From Lama glama (Eukaryota): a stretch of DNA of 64,000 bases. Of the stretch, positions 1 through 14,306 are shown piece after piece. Position numbers and translations under genes: made by a program. The stretch covers positions 48,672,001 through 48,736,000 of the forward strand of contig CM052816.1 of assembly GCA_028534125.1 (NCBI GenBank), read 5' to 3'. Position 1 is the stretch's first letter. Each line of letters opens with the position of its first letter. The notes beneath the pieces were generated by a model, which was not told the origin of the DNA, ran no database searches, and was given only the letters and a program-made list of their open reading frames with translations.

Positions 1-16
1 CTTATTGCTGCCTTTT

Positions 17-141
17 TTGGGGAGGAGAGGGAGGTAATTAGGTTTTTATTTATTTATTTATTTTAACGAGAATAGTGGAGATTGAATCCAGGACCTCGTG
101 GATGCTAAGTATGTGCTCAACGACTGAGCGATACCCACCCC
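17..141 (-). mobile_element. tRNA-derived SINE, camelid vic-1-like
   Basis: Minus strand reads ggggtgggtatcgctcagtcg (A-box-like) ... ggattcaatct (B-box-like) ... (aaat)n-cctaattacctccc-A tail. TSD tattgctgcctttt (3-16) / tattgttgcctttt (142-155). Family from memory. Confidence 0.85.
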
Positions 142-1340
142 TATTGTTGCCTTTTGTGTTGCCTCAGCTTGGACCTGGTGAACAATGAGAACAATTGTGG
201 ACCCTCTGGACCTTGCAGCCAGCCTAGCACCACCCACTCCTCTCTGCTGAGTTTCTGACAGAGGAAGTTTCTTCTTCCTTAATAGGAATGACTATTTCTT
301 TTCTGCTCTCTCTACCTGATCTTGTCCACACCTCTGTGATTCCACAGATCAAATACCTTTCATAGTGATAGTCCTGCCACCTCTGGCTCCGTATCTCACC
401 AATGACTTAACACTACTTCACAGTGCTCACCTGCTTCATGCAGCCTTTATGCATAGAAGATCTGGTGAGTTCAGTCATTATAGTACTAGATATTTTAATA
501 AGAATAATTTATTCTGTCATATTTATTTCTTTAATGCTGAAAGTCACTTCTCTAAAAAGAAATATTTGGCAAATCAACAGATTAATAGCTCAGAAGTGAT
601 AAATGTGATGGTAATATAAATGATTTTATGGGTTACTTACTTGGTTTTGTTTTATAAGCAAATCATATTTGTACCTCAAAATATTCTCAAACTTCTATAA
701 CGAAGTCCTATTACCAATAAAGTAATTTGGTAATTCTAGTTATTTATGTAAATAAAATTTATGTAAGGCAGATTTAATTCTGGAAGTCTTTCACCAACAT
801 ACTCACCAATAGAATAGATTAATTTACTTGCACAGTTAAAGTTACAGAAGTTTTGCAGTGAGCTTAGTTGTCTAGAAATCATTTCCAAAAGCCTGCAATT
901 CTCTGAAAATGTTAAACTGCTGCAAGATCACAGTGATTCATCAATTTTTATAAAAAGAATTTAGTACTCATTTTATAAATAATTTTATTCATTTCTGAAA
1001 AGACGAATTCCTACTTTTAAAAATCAAAGAAAATTCTAATTTATCATAGTAGATGAAATAAGGAGAAACATTTCCCAGATAAATGCTCTAAATATTAATG
1101 TTTTTTTTAAGAAAAGGATAATGACTAAATAAAATAAGTGTCATGTACAAGCATCCCAAATTTAAAAACATGATAACTAACACATGGTGAAAGCTCTTTT
1201 TTATTTTTCATTCACAACATAAAGGCAAATGAAAGTAGGTGTGCCCAGTGTTTTCTTCCCTTTCTTTTTCTAACCCAGAGGGAATCACTCCCATGAATTT
1301 GGTGTCCTTGATTTTATACCCTAATACTGACTTACGGTAT

Positions 1341-1797
1341 TGTTGAACATTTAGCTAAACCACTCCATAATATTCTTGCCTCCATATCCATTTTGTGTGG
1401 CCAAATGGCCTGCAGAGGCCTTGAACTGATACTAGCCCCTCCTGCCAGGACACACCCTACATAACAGCACGCAGAGTCAAAGTCAAAGTTCCTGATATGA
1501 CTCCTTCAGCCTCTGTGCGCTTTAGATAAAACCAAGGCTTACCAAAACTCCACTCTTTTTGGTTTGAATTGACCTATCCGGCTTCAGCCCAGGAACCTCA
1601 AAACACCGCACCCAGGGACTCGAATAAAGACATCTGCCCCGGGTCCTGTCTGTTGTGCTTTCTCTGTCCACATTCTGCCTTAACCTCCCTGTGTTTCTCC
1701 TCCAGGACCAAGGACTAATAAATTTCATTATTTCACTTTTCCTTGCAGTCTTTACTAGCAGCGTTTACCATTTGACACACCCAGGCTCTACTTAACA
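1341..1797 (+). mobile_element. Probable solo LTR, family unassigned
   Basis: tgttgaa...ttaaca termini, GC higher than flanks, AATAAA at 1623 and 1717. No clear TSD. Confidence 0.5.
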
Positions 1798-2108
1798 ACT
1801 TTTGCAGCTACCTCAGGACAGAAAAGATTTATGGAGATTTTAAAAAATCTTGAATAATTAGTTAAATGAAATTTTAGCTAAACACTGCCTTCCAAATATT
1901 AGTTGTGCCTAGTTCATGTTATTTGATTTTACAGAAAAGGAAGTGATACTTCAGATTGTTAGAATTGAGCACAACTTCAGTAGTATGTGTAATTTTTTTT
2001 TAATGTCTTCTTTCATTATAATGTGTGTTTTCCAAGGACAGGTTCATTTTTTAGCCCATTTTGTGAGCTCTGTTGTGCTTTTTTCTGGTGTTTTATGCAA
2101 GTTGATTA

Positions 2109-2541
2109 TGTCAAATAAATGTGCAGCCTAAAAGTTGAGAGTTATGCTTTTTTTGGCGGAATGACAGCCTCTCAGATGGCTCTGAGGGACTTCTCCGAAG
2201 AGGCAGGGGAGGAGCTAGGATTAATAGGAGCTTTAAAACAAAGACCAGGTAGTTGGAACACTAAAAGATTACTTGTTATCTAAAGAAAACCAGGCATCTC
2301 AAGTTAAAGAATTGAGTGCTTTTCTATATATGGGAGGAAGCAAACATTTGGGCTCATTGAATTCATGCCTAGCTCTCTAGGGCCAGTATCTTGTCCTTTG
2401 TTATTCTGAGTCCCCTCAGAGGGCACCATTGTGAGTGGGCTGCAGGCTTGTCTTCACTGGGGGGAGGTGGCAGCCACTGATGACGTGATGGTTTTAGCAT
2501 TCTTTGTTTACTGTTATGGTTTGCAGTATTTTTTGTTCACA
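2109..2541 (-). mobile_element. ERV1 solo LTR, MER41-like (cetartiodactyl type)
   Basis: TG...CA ends and near-TSD atta/acta. Text such as cctaaaagttgagagttatg, gcctctcagatggctctgagggac and catctcaagttaa matches the recalled family. Confidence 0.75.
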
Positions 2542-3189
2542 ACTACTGATGACTAATGAAAACAATATGAATGCATTGTTGTTGCCTTAGTGTAATGTGG
2601 TGTGGTTTTGCACTTAAAAGAGGTATTCAGATAATGTTCATGCAAAGTCTCTTCTGTACTAGTCAAACTCCTTTTAGTGAGTCTCACCAGTGGCTTTACA
2701 TCTGCAGAGCATTGAGGACTGGGCTGATCTTTTGAGAGGACTGAAATTGCTTCATATTTTGATCCTAAATTTTATATTTGCTATATTCCCTAAAGGCACG
2801 ACAGATATGGCCATAGGTAGTATTTATTTGACATTTTAAATTCTGTAAATGAGTTTATTCTGTATGTGAGATTAGCAAGCATGCTGTATTTATTCAACAG
2901 TATGATTTCAGGAACATAAAGGTTGATAAGCACAGATAAGCACTTATTTCTTTCTCTAGTTCTGGCATAGCAGGCTTCTGGTTTTGTGCTAGTATAACAA
3001 ACCTGTGATAAATACCTATGCATGTTTTCATGTGCTCATGTTCAAGAATTTTTTTAAATAATGTACAAGTGGAATTTCTGATTAATGGGTTTTTCATTTT
3101 TTTATCATCCAATGATCACTATTCTTTGACTATTCAGAACCTTTTCCTCAACTTCAGAGGTGTCATTTTCTCTCTCCTCCCAGGTTTTG

Positions 3190-3560
3190 GTGAAACAACA
3201 ATATGGCAACAATATTTGGAAAGAACCTTGTAATAAGATCAACTGAGGCATATTAAAATGTAGGGGATTATATGATCAAAAAATCAATTTATATAAGGCA
3301 GTGCTAAACCAGAAGTGATCAGGAGTCTTCCACTGACGGGAGCTCAAAAGAGACACTTTTATAGACAAAAGGTAGAAGCAAAGCAAAGGAACTATTTGAT
3401 TAGCTTAAAGGATAGTTGTCTGCTTGTGATTGGTTTCCCATGGGCTTCAATTTTGCAACTTTGAGGCATTTACAGGCTCAGGTTTTGGTTTGCTTTAGTA
3501 GGCCACTGCCATGTTAGAACTACCTCAGCTGTATGGCTTCCTTGTTTCATTAATTTAACA
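3190..3560 (-). mobile_element. Degenerate ERV1-type LTR
   Basis: Ends in ttcattaatttaaca and contains gattgg (CCAAT on minus) with LTR-like composition. Left boundary uncertain. Confidence 0.5.
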
Positions 3561-3954
3561 AGCTTAATTATAGAAATGGTGTCTAAGAGGAAAAGGAAAA
3601 CAAATCCAAGAAGCTATTTAACATGGAGATTGAAATGTGCTATTGAAATGTATTTTTTATTCTCTCAATGTAACCCTCTGAAGGGGTATGATGCTTAGTA
3701 TAGGCAACATATTAAATGCACACAAATGTGAGTTGCTGTTTATATCCTTGGGAAACCAGAATATGACCTAAGGTTTACTGTGATTTCCTAAGTGTTAATT
3801 ATAGTGCTACCTTATCCAAAATAAGATAATCAGTGTGGAAATAGTGGGAATGCTTGCATATCCACTTTTGGCATGCTATCAAAAATATGGTTTACTGAAA
3901 TGTGAAAAAGATTATCTACTTCTATGGAGGAAAAAAATGCTATGGATATGCATT

Positions 3955-4130
3955 AGCAGATTTGGCATCTGATCCAAATATCATACTGGACAATCACTTA
4001 ACCTCCAGACCCTTAATTTCTCACCTTTAAAATTATTATAATATTGTCTACTTTGCTTTTGTCATTGGATTGTATCAAAATAATTATCAAGCAAAATAAT
4101 AGATTTGAATGGGCTTTTAAAACTGACAAG
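3955..4130 (+). mobile_element. MIR SINE fragment
   Basis: Core-like ggacaatcacttaacctc...tttctcacctttaaaat. Confidence 0.55.
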
Positions 4131-5619
4131 ATTATATAAATGTATAGCATGAGTATTCAATACTTACAGATACATTCATAGAATAATAAGACCAATGAGC
4201 ATATGGCTTTGATGACAGAGTGTATTCTCTGAGACTCTGAACACTAAATGTAACACCACTTATTGCTGTGAAAACCATGTGTACACATACACACAGTAAC
4301 ACAAATTCACACACAAAGGTTTTACAATTAATAACCTTGAAGCAGTGAGTGATGCTCTAAAGTATACTTTGAAACAAATACTACCAGAAGAGCATCTACA
4401 GTAATGTCAATGTCTAAATGGCAATGCAGTTGATATAACACTGTTCTGGCAATGGATCTCTGTTAATCAACAGCCTGAGTAAATGGACCAAAAACAGTGT
4501 CTAATGATTGCTGTTAAACTCAGCAAAGACAGAGGCAACAACAGCCAAGGTAACAGCATCATGAACACCAAGGGAATAAGTGTACTGCCATTCTTTGCAG
4601 AGACTGACAGCTGTTAAGTCATCTCTGGTGTAATTGCTGCTGTTTTACTCTATGATTTTGTGCATTTGATTTGATGTTAAATTTCAAATTTAGAATAGAA
4701 ATTATGTAAAGCTACACTGAGTCATAAACATTAATTGCTTGAATCGATCATTTGTAGCTTATTTTGAATAATTATCAAATGAGGAGTTTATATGGATATA
4801 TATACATATAAATTCAGATATTCAGATATAATTCAAAATGGATATCTGTCAGACTTAAAGAAGAAAGCAATTTCTATACTGCTTGATTCTACCTATATTA
4901 GCTTTTCCTAACTGTGATATGTATATGTCTAACAGATTCAAATTTACATTTCTTTCAAGAACTACTAATAACTGACTTTATGCCATGTGAAGATACAGAT
5001 ACATGATAGACATATTCAAAGTGCTAACTTAATGAATCTGCTATATACAAAACATGGTTTGATTACTAGAGGAGAAGAGAAAAAGGATATTCACTGTCTA
5101 AATATTAATGTAAATTATAAAACACTAGAGAAAGCAATTAATATATAAATATGCTGGTAAGAATACTGAATACAAAATGAATATACATTATGAGAAAATC
5201 AGAAATATTGTGAAAGTTGAAATAATGTTAGGTTTCTAAGGTTTTTGGCAGAGATGAAATAGTTCTATGTCATTTTAGAGTGTGAAATTATCTCAAAGAT
5301 ACTTAGATTTTAAGATGAGATAGTTGTATGTCCTAATGAAAAATATTACTCAACATTTATTTCTATATGAAAAACACAAAGACTAGAACAGAGCAATCCT
5401 ATTTAACTGATATATATATAGCTACATATATAGTTTAGATATAGATACAGATAATATGTCTCTATCTACACCTATATAGAGAGCTGCTATGTTTGTGAAT
5501 ATGTACAAGTTTAGCTATGTACAGAGAAATTTTAAAAACATCACAAAAAAATAACAATGGTTCCTTCCAGAGTGGAATTAAAGAGTTCGCTGTAAAAGGG
5601 AGATTTTCATACTTTGCGC

Positions 5620-7100
5620 AAGCAAGTCATTGGTGATGATGTGGGGCAAGAAGAATACTTACTTATTGCTGGTGAGATTGTGGAATGGTAAAGCCACTTT
5701 GGAAGACAACTTGGCAGTTCTTACAAAGCTAAACATAGTCTTAAAAATAATCCAACAATTATGATCTTAGATTTTTACCAAACTGATATGAAAACACATC
5801 CAAAAAAAAAAATCTGCACACAGATATGTACAGAAGCTTTATTCACATCCACTAGAATTGGAAGCAAACAAGATTACCTTTGATAAGTAAAAAGAAAAAC
5901 TATGGTGTATTCACACAGTTGCCTACTTTTCAACAATAAAAAAAGGATAAGCTATCAAATCATGTAAAAACTTGGAAAAATCATATATGAATATTGCTAA
6001 ATGAAGGAAGCTAGAGTAGAAAACTACATATTATATGATTCCATTTAGAGGACATTCTAGAAAGGCAAAAATATAGAGACAGTAAAAAGATAAATTATTT
6101 TAAAGATTGGGTGATATATTGAGATTTTTTGGAGGTGTTGACATCATTTTACATGATATTATAATGGTAGACATATAACATTATGAATTTGTCAAAGCCC
6201 ATGAACGCTATAGCACAGAGTGAACACTGATGTATGCAAACTTAAAAATACATGTATTAAGGAGATACAGGAATCCCATGATGGAATGCAGACTGTGACA
6301 AAAGAATCTAGTTGTGTTGAAATGTGTATGAAATGACATCAGTGAAGTGTGTGTGTGTGTGTGTGGCATGCACACATATGTGTGTGGTGGAGGGGGACAA
6401 GGTGTGTGGGGATGCTGGCCCAAGTAACTTTGCAATGAAATGGAGTCCATAAGACCAAAGGCAAAATGAACTCCGTGTATAAGCACTGTACTCTGGTTGA
6501 TGAGGATGTTTACCATAGGGGTTCTGATTACAAATTCAGAAATTTCTATACATGTATACTGGAAAGAAACAAGCAGTTAAGCAAATGGATGGCAGAGAAT
6601 AAAACAGGATTTCTCACTCTTGGAGAGGGGCATCATAAGCCAGGAGAAGGCTAGATTGTTCTGTGTAGTAATGGATTAAAGTTGAAGACATAAATATAAA
6701 CTCAAGTTTAACTTCTTGGCCTGGTCAAAGCATATACAAGATAAGTTGGAGCATTCTGTAATGTCAGAAAGTAAGGAAATGATTTTTTTTTTTAAATGGA
6801 GGTATGTCAAAGGAACACAAGCCGACTGCAGGAGACACATGTACAGATTTGAGCAACCAAATAAATAAACTAGCATTAGATTACATACTAAGATATACAG
6901 TCCTTACTTATAAGTTCATGCTAGTATATACATGGTTGAATAAATAAATGGGACAAATAGAAAAATATTCTGCTTAGAAGAATTTCCAAAAATTTATATA
7001 GATACTCTTTCCTTGAATTGAAGCATAACTCCCCCCTCCTTACGTATAGGCTGTACATAGTGACTGCCTTTATTAAAAGATGGTAGTGGGTAAAAAGGGA
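5620..7100 (+). mobile_element. Old L1 (L1MC/MD-like): ORF2 end and long 3' UTR
   Basis: attgctggtgagattgtggaatggtaaagccactttggaagacaacttggcagtt, tatgattccattt and gaatttgtcaaagcccatgaac are typical L1M 3' segments. Confidence 0.75.
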
Positions 7101-8050
7101 AAAATTTAAACTATATTTGTTCATGTGCTGTGTACAACTATAAATAGACTTTATATTACCTGCTGTGGTTAATAACAATGATTCTAAATTGTTTTCTTTA
7201 TTTGGTTTGGTTGGTTGTCTTTCAATATCAACAGAGAAATGATAGTTATGTTCTAGCAGGAAGACAGAAAATTTAACCAAGAAATAACAATATATTTTCA
7301 GAAACAGAGAATACTATTTAAAATTTCATTGCAATGTGTTATGACACTGTCAACACAGTGTTGTTCCCTTGACATTTCAGCTCAACACTTTGAAATTCTA
7401 AATATAGTAAAAATTTCAAATGTTTTTCTTTAAATTTGGATTTTTTTCTCTCAAAGCCTGAGTCCATAGTCAAATTCTCACACCACAAATACAAAAGGAA
7501 CAAAAGTGTGCAGTTTGCATTTGAATTCTTTTTAAAGCAAACTGGACACAAAGATGGCCATGGTGATTCAATAATATTTTCAAGTTCTTACAGACTAATC
7601 CCTTTGAAGTATATTATGAAGAGGGTGACACTGTTTATAAACAAAGATACCAAATAAAGATGTTGTTGAAAGCTTCTGAAGGATTACAGATCACTAATAC
7701 ATTGAAAAATAAACTTGTATATTCACATGCTGTACATGTGTTTATCCTAAGGGATAGCAGTGTACTTTATGGACAAATGTTACAAGTGATTCAGAGAGTC
7801 ATCTTTATTACTTATTGAAGCTTAACTCAGTACATATAGTGGAATTTTTCTAAGATTCTGGCAAAGGTTACTAATAATTCTGCCAGCAGTCATTTCAATG
7901 AGAAGGTGATGAATTTGCATTTTTTCTATTTCCTTTGTAAAAAAAATACCTCATTTGCTGTATTCTACATGAAATACATCAGCATTTTAGTTTAAGAAAC
8001 GTACTCTCTCTATATATGTGTACACACATACGCACACACACACACACACA

Positions 8051-8277
8051 CATTTGACTCTTGAACAACATGAGGACAGGGCACTCTCCACACAGTGGAA
8101 CTTATGCATATAGCTTATAGTTGGCCTCCATAGATGCAGTTTTTCCATATCCACAGTCCCTCCATATCAGTAGATTCAACCAACTGCTCATCGTGTAGTA
8201 CTATAATACTACTGAAAAAAAATCTGCATGTAAGTGAACCCACACAATTTGAATCCATGTTGATCAAGGGTCAGCTG
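8051..8277 (-). mobile_element. Tigger2-derived MITE (TcMar-Tigger)
   Basis: TIRs catttgactcttgaacaaca ... tgttgatcaagggtcagctg followed by TA. Related to the copies at 31005 and 41787. Confidence 0.8.
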
Positions 8278-8439
8278 TATATGTAATACAAGTATTTTGA
8301 TTTGAGATTTACACCATATAAGTCACATTAAACTTGCCAGGTAAATGAGGGGGACAAGCAATATTATAAACATTTAAGCCAAAAATAACTGTATTTTTTG
8401 TATGAGTAAAACATGGTTCTTTCTAGAAGCTACATTAGC

Positions 8440-8592
8440 TTCCAGCCTTCAGACACAAACATTAGTTCTTCAGATTTTGGATTTTCCAGCTGACATTACA
8501 TAAATGTGTGAACAAATATATGAATACCATATATCTGTATCTATATCTATCTGCTATTGATACTGTTTTTCTGCAGGACCCTGACTAATATA
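8440..8592 (+). mobile_element. MLT2 (ERVL) LTR 3' fragment
   Basis: Ends ctattgatactgtttttctgcaggaccctgactaatata, like the MLT2 terminus. Confidence 0.6.
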
Positions 8593-11500
8593 TACATTAA
8601 GTCCTTTTTTATAATTGATGAGAAGTAAGCAAATAAAATATATCAATGTGATGTTCTACAGATAAAAATCTAATCTTCAGAAAAACTATCATCAAATAAG
8701 CAAATGATAATTATTCTTGTTAGTAATCAGTGAGGATCACATTGAAACAAATCTATCTGAAGAAAGAATGCACAGCCAAGCAAAGCCTCCTGAACTACAT
8801 GACTCTATTACTCATTCATTTTCCCTTAATAAATATTCCACTTTTATTTCATAAATACTTGTTTGCATTTTTCCTTCAGTTCTCATTGTATCAGCATCAT
8901 TTAAAATACAGCATTTATCTGCACTTGTATAGTCAAAGTGCTTGTAATAAAATGAAGATGACCCTCCCTTTTGAATGAAAGAACATGTAGGGTTTAATGA
9001 TAGAAAAAAAATTATTGTATGTTCACCACATAAATATACGTTTTTCCTGATTACTGTGACTCTGGATATATGTCAGGAAATAACAATTAAATTGCATCTC
9101 TCTGCAAAGCTGAAAAAAATGATGAATACTACTCAAGTTCAGGGCACCCAAAAGTATACATTATATATCTATAGATAAAACACCAAGATAATTATTAGTT
9201 ATTTCTGATCATAATCTCGTTCATTAAATTATATGCATTCTTAGGTTTTTTTCACTTCCCATTTAAAATATAACAGTGATATAGCCTTTTAGCAGTTAAT
9301 TTGTGTATGGCAAGCTCTTTATGCAATAATCCAAGAACTGATGGTGGAAATCATGAATTCATTTTCAAGTTTCATACAGTCTTCTTGAGTAGTAAGTGCA
9401 TTTTAGAAATCTGTTAAGTTTCAGGTATAAATTTCAAGTTTATCTGCGGAAAGTAGTATGGCATTTTATCTTCTTTCTATTTAAATTTTGGAAAAATAAA
9501 GGTGGACTTGTATGTATTATAAGAGAAAACCTAATGATTATAATTTGTTTTTAACCTAAAGCTGTAGAATTATTGGCTGTAATTATTCTTTCAAACTGTG
9601 TGATTTTTTGTATCATCAACATTATCTTCCCAGTGACATTTCAGTTGTTATTTTTATCTAAATGCCGTTGCAACTAGTTTTAACTCTCCTTTTAACTTTA
9701 CTGAAAATGTAAAAAAAAAAATTATCTTTTCACTGTCTCTATGCTTTTACCTTTCTAGCATGCCCTCTAAATGGAATCACACAATATGGAGTTTTCCATT
9801 CTGGCTTCTTTCATTTGGCAATGATGGTCCTGGAAAATTCATCTCCCCATACTATTATCTGTATCTAAGGACATTGCAGTGAGACTACAAAACACCACAA
9901 GTTGTGCGGCAGTGAAAGGGTATTTCCATGTATTCTGATATGTGCCCTCAACTGATTCAAAGGTAGGCTTTTGAACTGATAACATAAACTCTAAGAGATA
10001 AACAATGATGTTTCCTAATATCCAAAAGATATATACCAGGTGGTTTTTTGATTAACAAGTTAAGTGCATGGGAGGAACAGCAGGTGGGTAATGAGAAGTG
10101 TTCTGAACCAGAAATACCTTACATTCTTTAATAGTAAATCCACTATTACTGACAGTCTGGAGTACTTAAGGAAAACCATTTGGGATTTTAAAAAAGTGAT
10201 GGCATCTGTCAATTTTGAATTAGTACGCATATTACCACCTTATTCACTAATAAGTTTGTGCTTAAATGAATCATCAAATACTTGTGAAATAAATCTTAGA
10301 TTATTTATTTTCTTATTTAGCTAGTTTTTTCATGAACTTACACTCACGAATTATATCTTCCTCAACAATGCAATAGGTATTCCCTTAAGAGTTAGTTCTT
10401 CTAACTATTCAATAATTTGTATCGTCCTTTCTTGCATCTTTCATTGTCTACCAGTATCGATTTGGAAAGATATCTCCCAAGACAGGCATTTTGTTATTAT
10501 TAGCATTTTTAGGTTATCAGAATAAACATAATCCTGGCTAACTACTTGTAAACTTAATGTCAGATTGGTCCTATTTCAATTTTCCACTTCATGTTCTAGG
10601 AGAAAAATATGTGAAAACATAATCTTTGGTTTGGCTTAAATAAGTAATATGGATTGAATTGTAGAGTTAAACATTCATTTTTAATTCTCCAGTCAGTCAT
10701 TCAAGTCAAGGAAAAGCCAGTTTGAATTCCTAAATTTAAAAATTTCTACTCTATAGCCAAAAGTTCTAGATAACCTGTGCCATTTGTCAGTTTCAAAGAT
10801 GGGCTTTTCCTCGTCACCCAAAACAAAAGCACTTCCTAAAATAAGTACACAAAGTTAGGAGCATCCTCTCAATCTCTCCCAAGTCTCTCTTCTGTAGGCT
10901 CACTCCCCAGACAGAACTTCCTGGAATTATTGTTCCTTTTCGTGTGATAAAGGCACGTATAAAGTAGGTAATGCTATAATATATGTTAACACAATAGGAC
11001 CTATAAACATTTAGCAGATAATAGTGACTCTCAACAGATAGCAGAGATCAGGCTTCCAAGGAATTTTTGCAGGACATATTGATCTTATTGACTGAAACAT
11101 GATCTGATAGCACTCAACTGTGTTTTGATAAAAGGTGATTAGAGGGGGGAAGGAGGGTTGCTAAAACAGCATGTTAAAAACGAATGTTCCCTTGTTCCAA
11201 ACTTTGCCTTGCTCATAGTTACATTACCATGCCTTAGAATATTTTAAGACTATATTTACAGCCTTTAAAAACATTTTTATGAAAACTAAATTAGAAGAGT
11301 GTCAGAAAAGGAAGATTTGATGCAAAAGTGAATTCTTAAGATTTTCCTACTTCAAGCACGAATCATCTTTGTAATACCTGTTATTTTGGATTATTCATGC
11401 CAAACTGCATGAGAAGGAATATCATAATAAGCTCTGTGAATGTCCTACTTTTCAAATGGTATCAATTAGGATACCTTTCATGGTTGGACAGATTACTTTT

Positions 11501-14061
11501 TAACATTTGCTCAATGAAGCATAGACTCTCAATTTAACCTCACTCAGTTTAATGCATTGTTTATGATGATTTTCTAATATATCCAAGAGATGAATAAGAA
11601 AACAATGAGTATTATTTTTAACAATAATGTTATAGGCCACTAAAGTGTTAAATTGTCACTTTTCTGTTATTTTCTGATAGTTTTTCAAAAAGACATGGTC
11701 TACATACAAATTACATGTGTTGATTAATAGAAAAATGGGCACTGATTTTATGAATTTCTGGGCACTGAGAGGAATTCTGCTCATATTTTGTTGAGTTGTG
11801 ACTCACCAGACCATGACTGTTAGAGATGGCAACTAAGTAATCTAATGTAAAAGGTAAAAGAAGTCAATCATGATAGTTTATGTGGACAATAGTAAAATAA
11901 AATGCACAAATGAGCTGAAGAAATTCGATTGATGTTTATTTCTCTCTATAGCCATTCCATGGTGGGATTGATTATGATCTAACTAATAAAAGCCATTAGC
12001 ATAAAATAATTCTACCTGGAAGGTTTTTTTTTTCCTTCCCTCATCTGTCTTTGTCTCTACTCCTTTGATTTTAGTTGGTTGACTTCTGTGTTTGTTGACT
12101 TGAACCCAAGCCTTCTGTGCTTTGTGTCCACATTTTTAAAAGTTTATATCAAACATTTAACTAAAACAGTAAGAACAACAAAGTTTAAGGTTCTTGCCTA
12201 AACAGAAACTGAACTCTGAGTATTGTAAACTATAGTGAAAAGTATTTATCAATAAGACCAGCTTGAGTATTTTAGTCGCAATTTACGGGTCACTGGCTTC
12301 TTTATTATAGACATCCCCTAGGAAAAGTACAAGGCACCTACCAGCCAAACACATGTGAGAACTGCAGTAGTTGCCCTATGACTGCAGGGTTTGAATACAC
12401 ATTTCATAAACATTTGCATTCCATCTTGAGATTCCTCAACAAAATTAGTTCCAAGTGGGAAAAGAACAAGAAGATAGAGCAAATAAAAAGAGGAAGAGTT
12501 TAAACATCGTCCACGCAAATATTTCTGCTGATGTAAATTATTCTGGAATCTAAGACCAGTGGCAGTATTTTAATGTGGTAAAAGTGAGGTTGGTTGTGGT
12601 CAGTGCCAAATTGTTCAAGTGAATTGCTCGTCATAATGGCTCATGTAGAATAAAGCAACAACTAAATGATTATGAGCCTTCCATTTAACTTAAAGGTTAA
12701 ATAATAAGGCAAGTTTGAGTTGACAACAAACTGCTAGAATTAATTAGCTTCTGTGGCTTTCATTAACTATAGTAGAGATAGATAAGCCCTTTAAGGATAA
12801 ATAAACAGTTTGACTAATTTCCTAAATTTTCCAAAATTAAGAATTTTGGAGCTTAGAAAATCATAATCACTAACTTAACTAAAAGTGAAATTATTATAAA
12901 AACAGCATATGTACAAAATGCCAGGGGCTTTATACATATATATTGCATCATTCAAACTTCATGGTCTTCTCTGTCAGGTTGCTCTATAACTCCAGTTTTT
13001 ATGAGAAAGCTGAAGTTCAAATCTTTTAATTTTTCTTCTATTACTCAGCTTAAGAGATGAAGCACATACAATTTCTGCTATGTCACAGAAAAAAAGTTCT
13101 CATCTCTTATGTAGTTTATAAAAAATTATTTAAATGCATAAAGTGTTCACAGTTCTTAAATATAGCTTACACTCAATCATTCAAATATTAATCTTTTGTA
13201 TTAGTTTCAGGCTTTCCCTTGTTCCTCTTTTTTTCCCCTCTAACTACTTAAGCATTTCAGAACTCATTAACCTCCTAGGGAGTTGCTGAGAGAAACAACT
13301 AACCAAATCAAAGAAAGTGTCACTTTGCCACTTACTAGAAATCAATGTGTCAAAGAGGCTGATGAGTTCCTTGTGGATCTATTTATGGAAAAATTTGAGT
13401 ATTTGATAAGTCTTTGCAAGAGTGTTATAGCCATTGTAAGAACAAACTAAATAAACCATTAACCACATCAGACTTCCCTAAAACATAAAAATATAAAAAT
13501 TTAAAATAAAATAAAACATAAAAATTTCTGTGAGGATCTACTTTTAGGAAAAGTTCTTCATTCCACTATCTTCACATGCATATATGTTATATTGCTATAC
13601 AAAGTGATTTCAAATGTCACATTTGTTTTTCTTTCAAAATGTAGTCTTTGGTTCAGTTACTTCAACAAATATTTATTAAGCATGTGTTTTTAATTATATT
13701 ATCATATAAGTGACAAGCAATAAATAAAATATAAGTAACCAAGTAGAATTCAGATATAATAATAGAGTAATTTTCATTAGAGTGCCTTTAAAATAAGGGG
13801 CTAAATAAAAGAATGTAGAAATTTCTTAAGAGGTATTTCAACGGGAAAAAAACCAGAAAATTTTTTATTAATCCTCAAGAAGGAGTAAATGTTTGCATAT
13901 ATTAAGTGATGCAAAGGGCAGGGGAGACAAATAGGGCAGAGATGTCTGACTTGAGGAACTACATGGATGATTGCAATATTAACTTCTATAAATATTGAAA
14001 CAGAAGGAATAACTTCAAAGGTGATAAATATAATGAACTGAACTTCAAAAAAATATTAAGT

Positions 14062-14306
14062 AATTGAAGCTTATGTAACACTTACAATGTGCTGTGCACT
14101 ATTTTAATCACTTGATACTAACCTATTTAACCTTTAAACAATTCTATATTTGTAGGTAATATTGTTATCTTCATTTTATAGATGAGGAATTTGAAGCAGA
14201 GTAGTTCAATAAGTTACCAATGATTATATGGCAAACTAATGGTAAATCAAGGTTCAATTCTTGGCAGTCCAACTTCAGAATATGAATTCATAGCCACCAT
14301 ACCATA
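14062..14306 (-). mobile_element. MIR SINE, near full length
   Basis: Core attgttatcttcattttatagatgaggaatttgaagc and tail ggttcaattcttggcagtccaacttcaga. Confidence 0.75.

Noticed and set aside
70..141. tRNA gene on the minus strand
   Set aside because: It is the degenerate head of a SINE with tail and TSD; I could not make out an intact cloverleaf.
156..460. GC-richer stretch, possibly an old LTR or exon
   Set aside because: No termini, TSD, splice pattern or family motif that I could identify with confidence.
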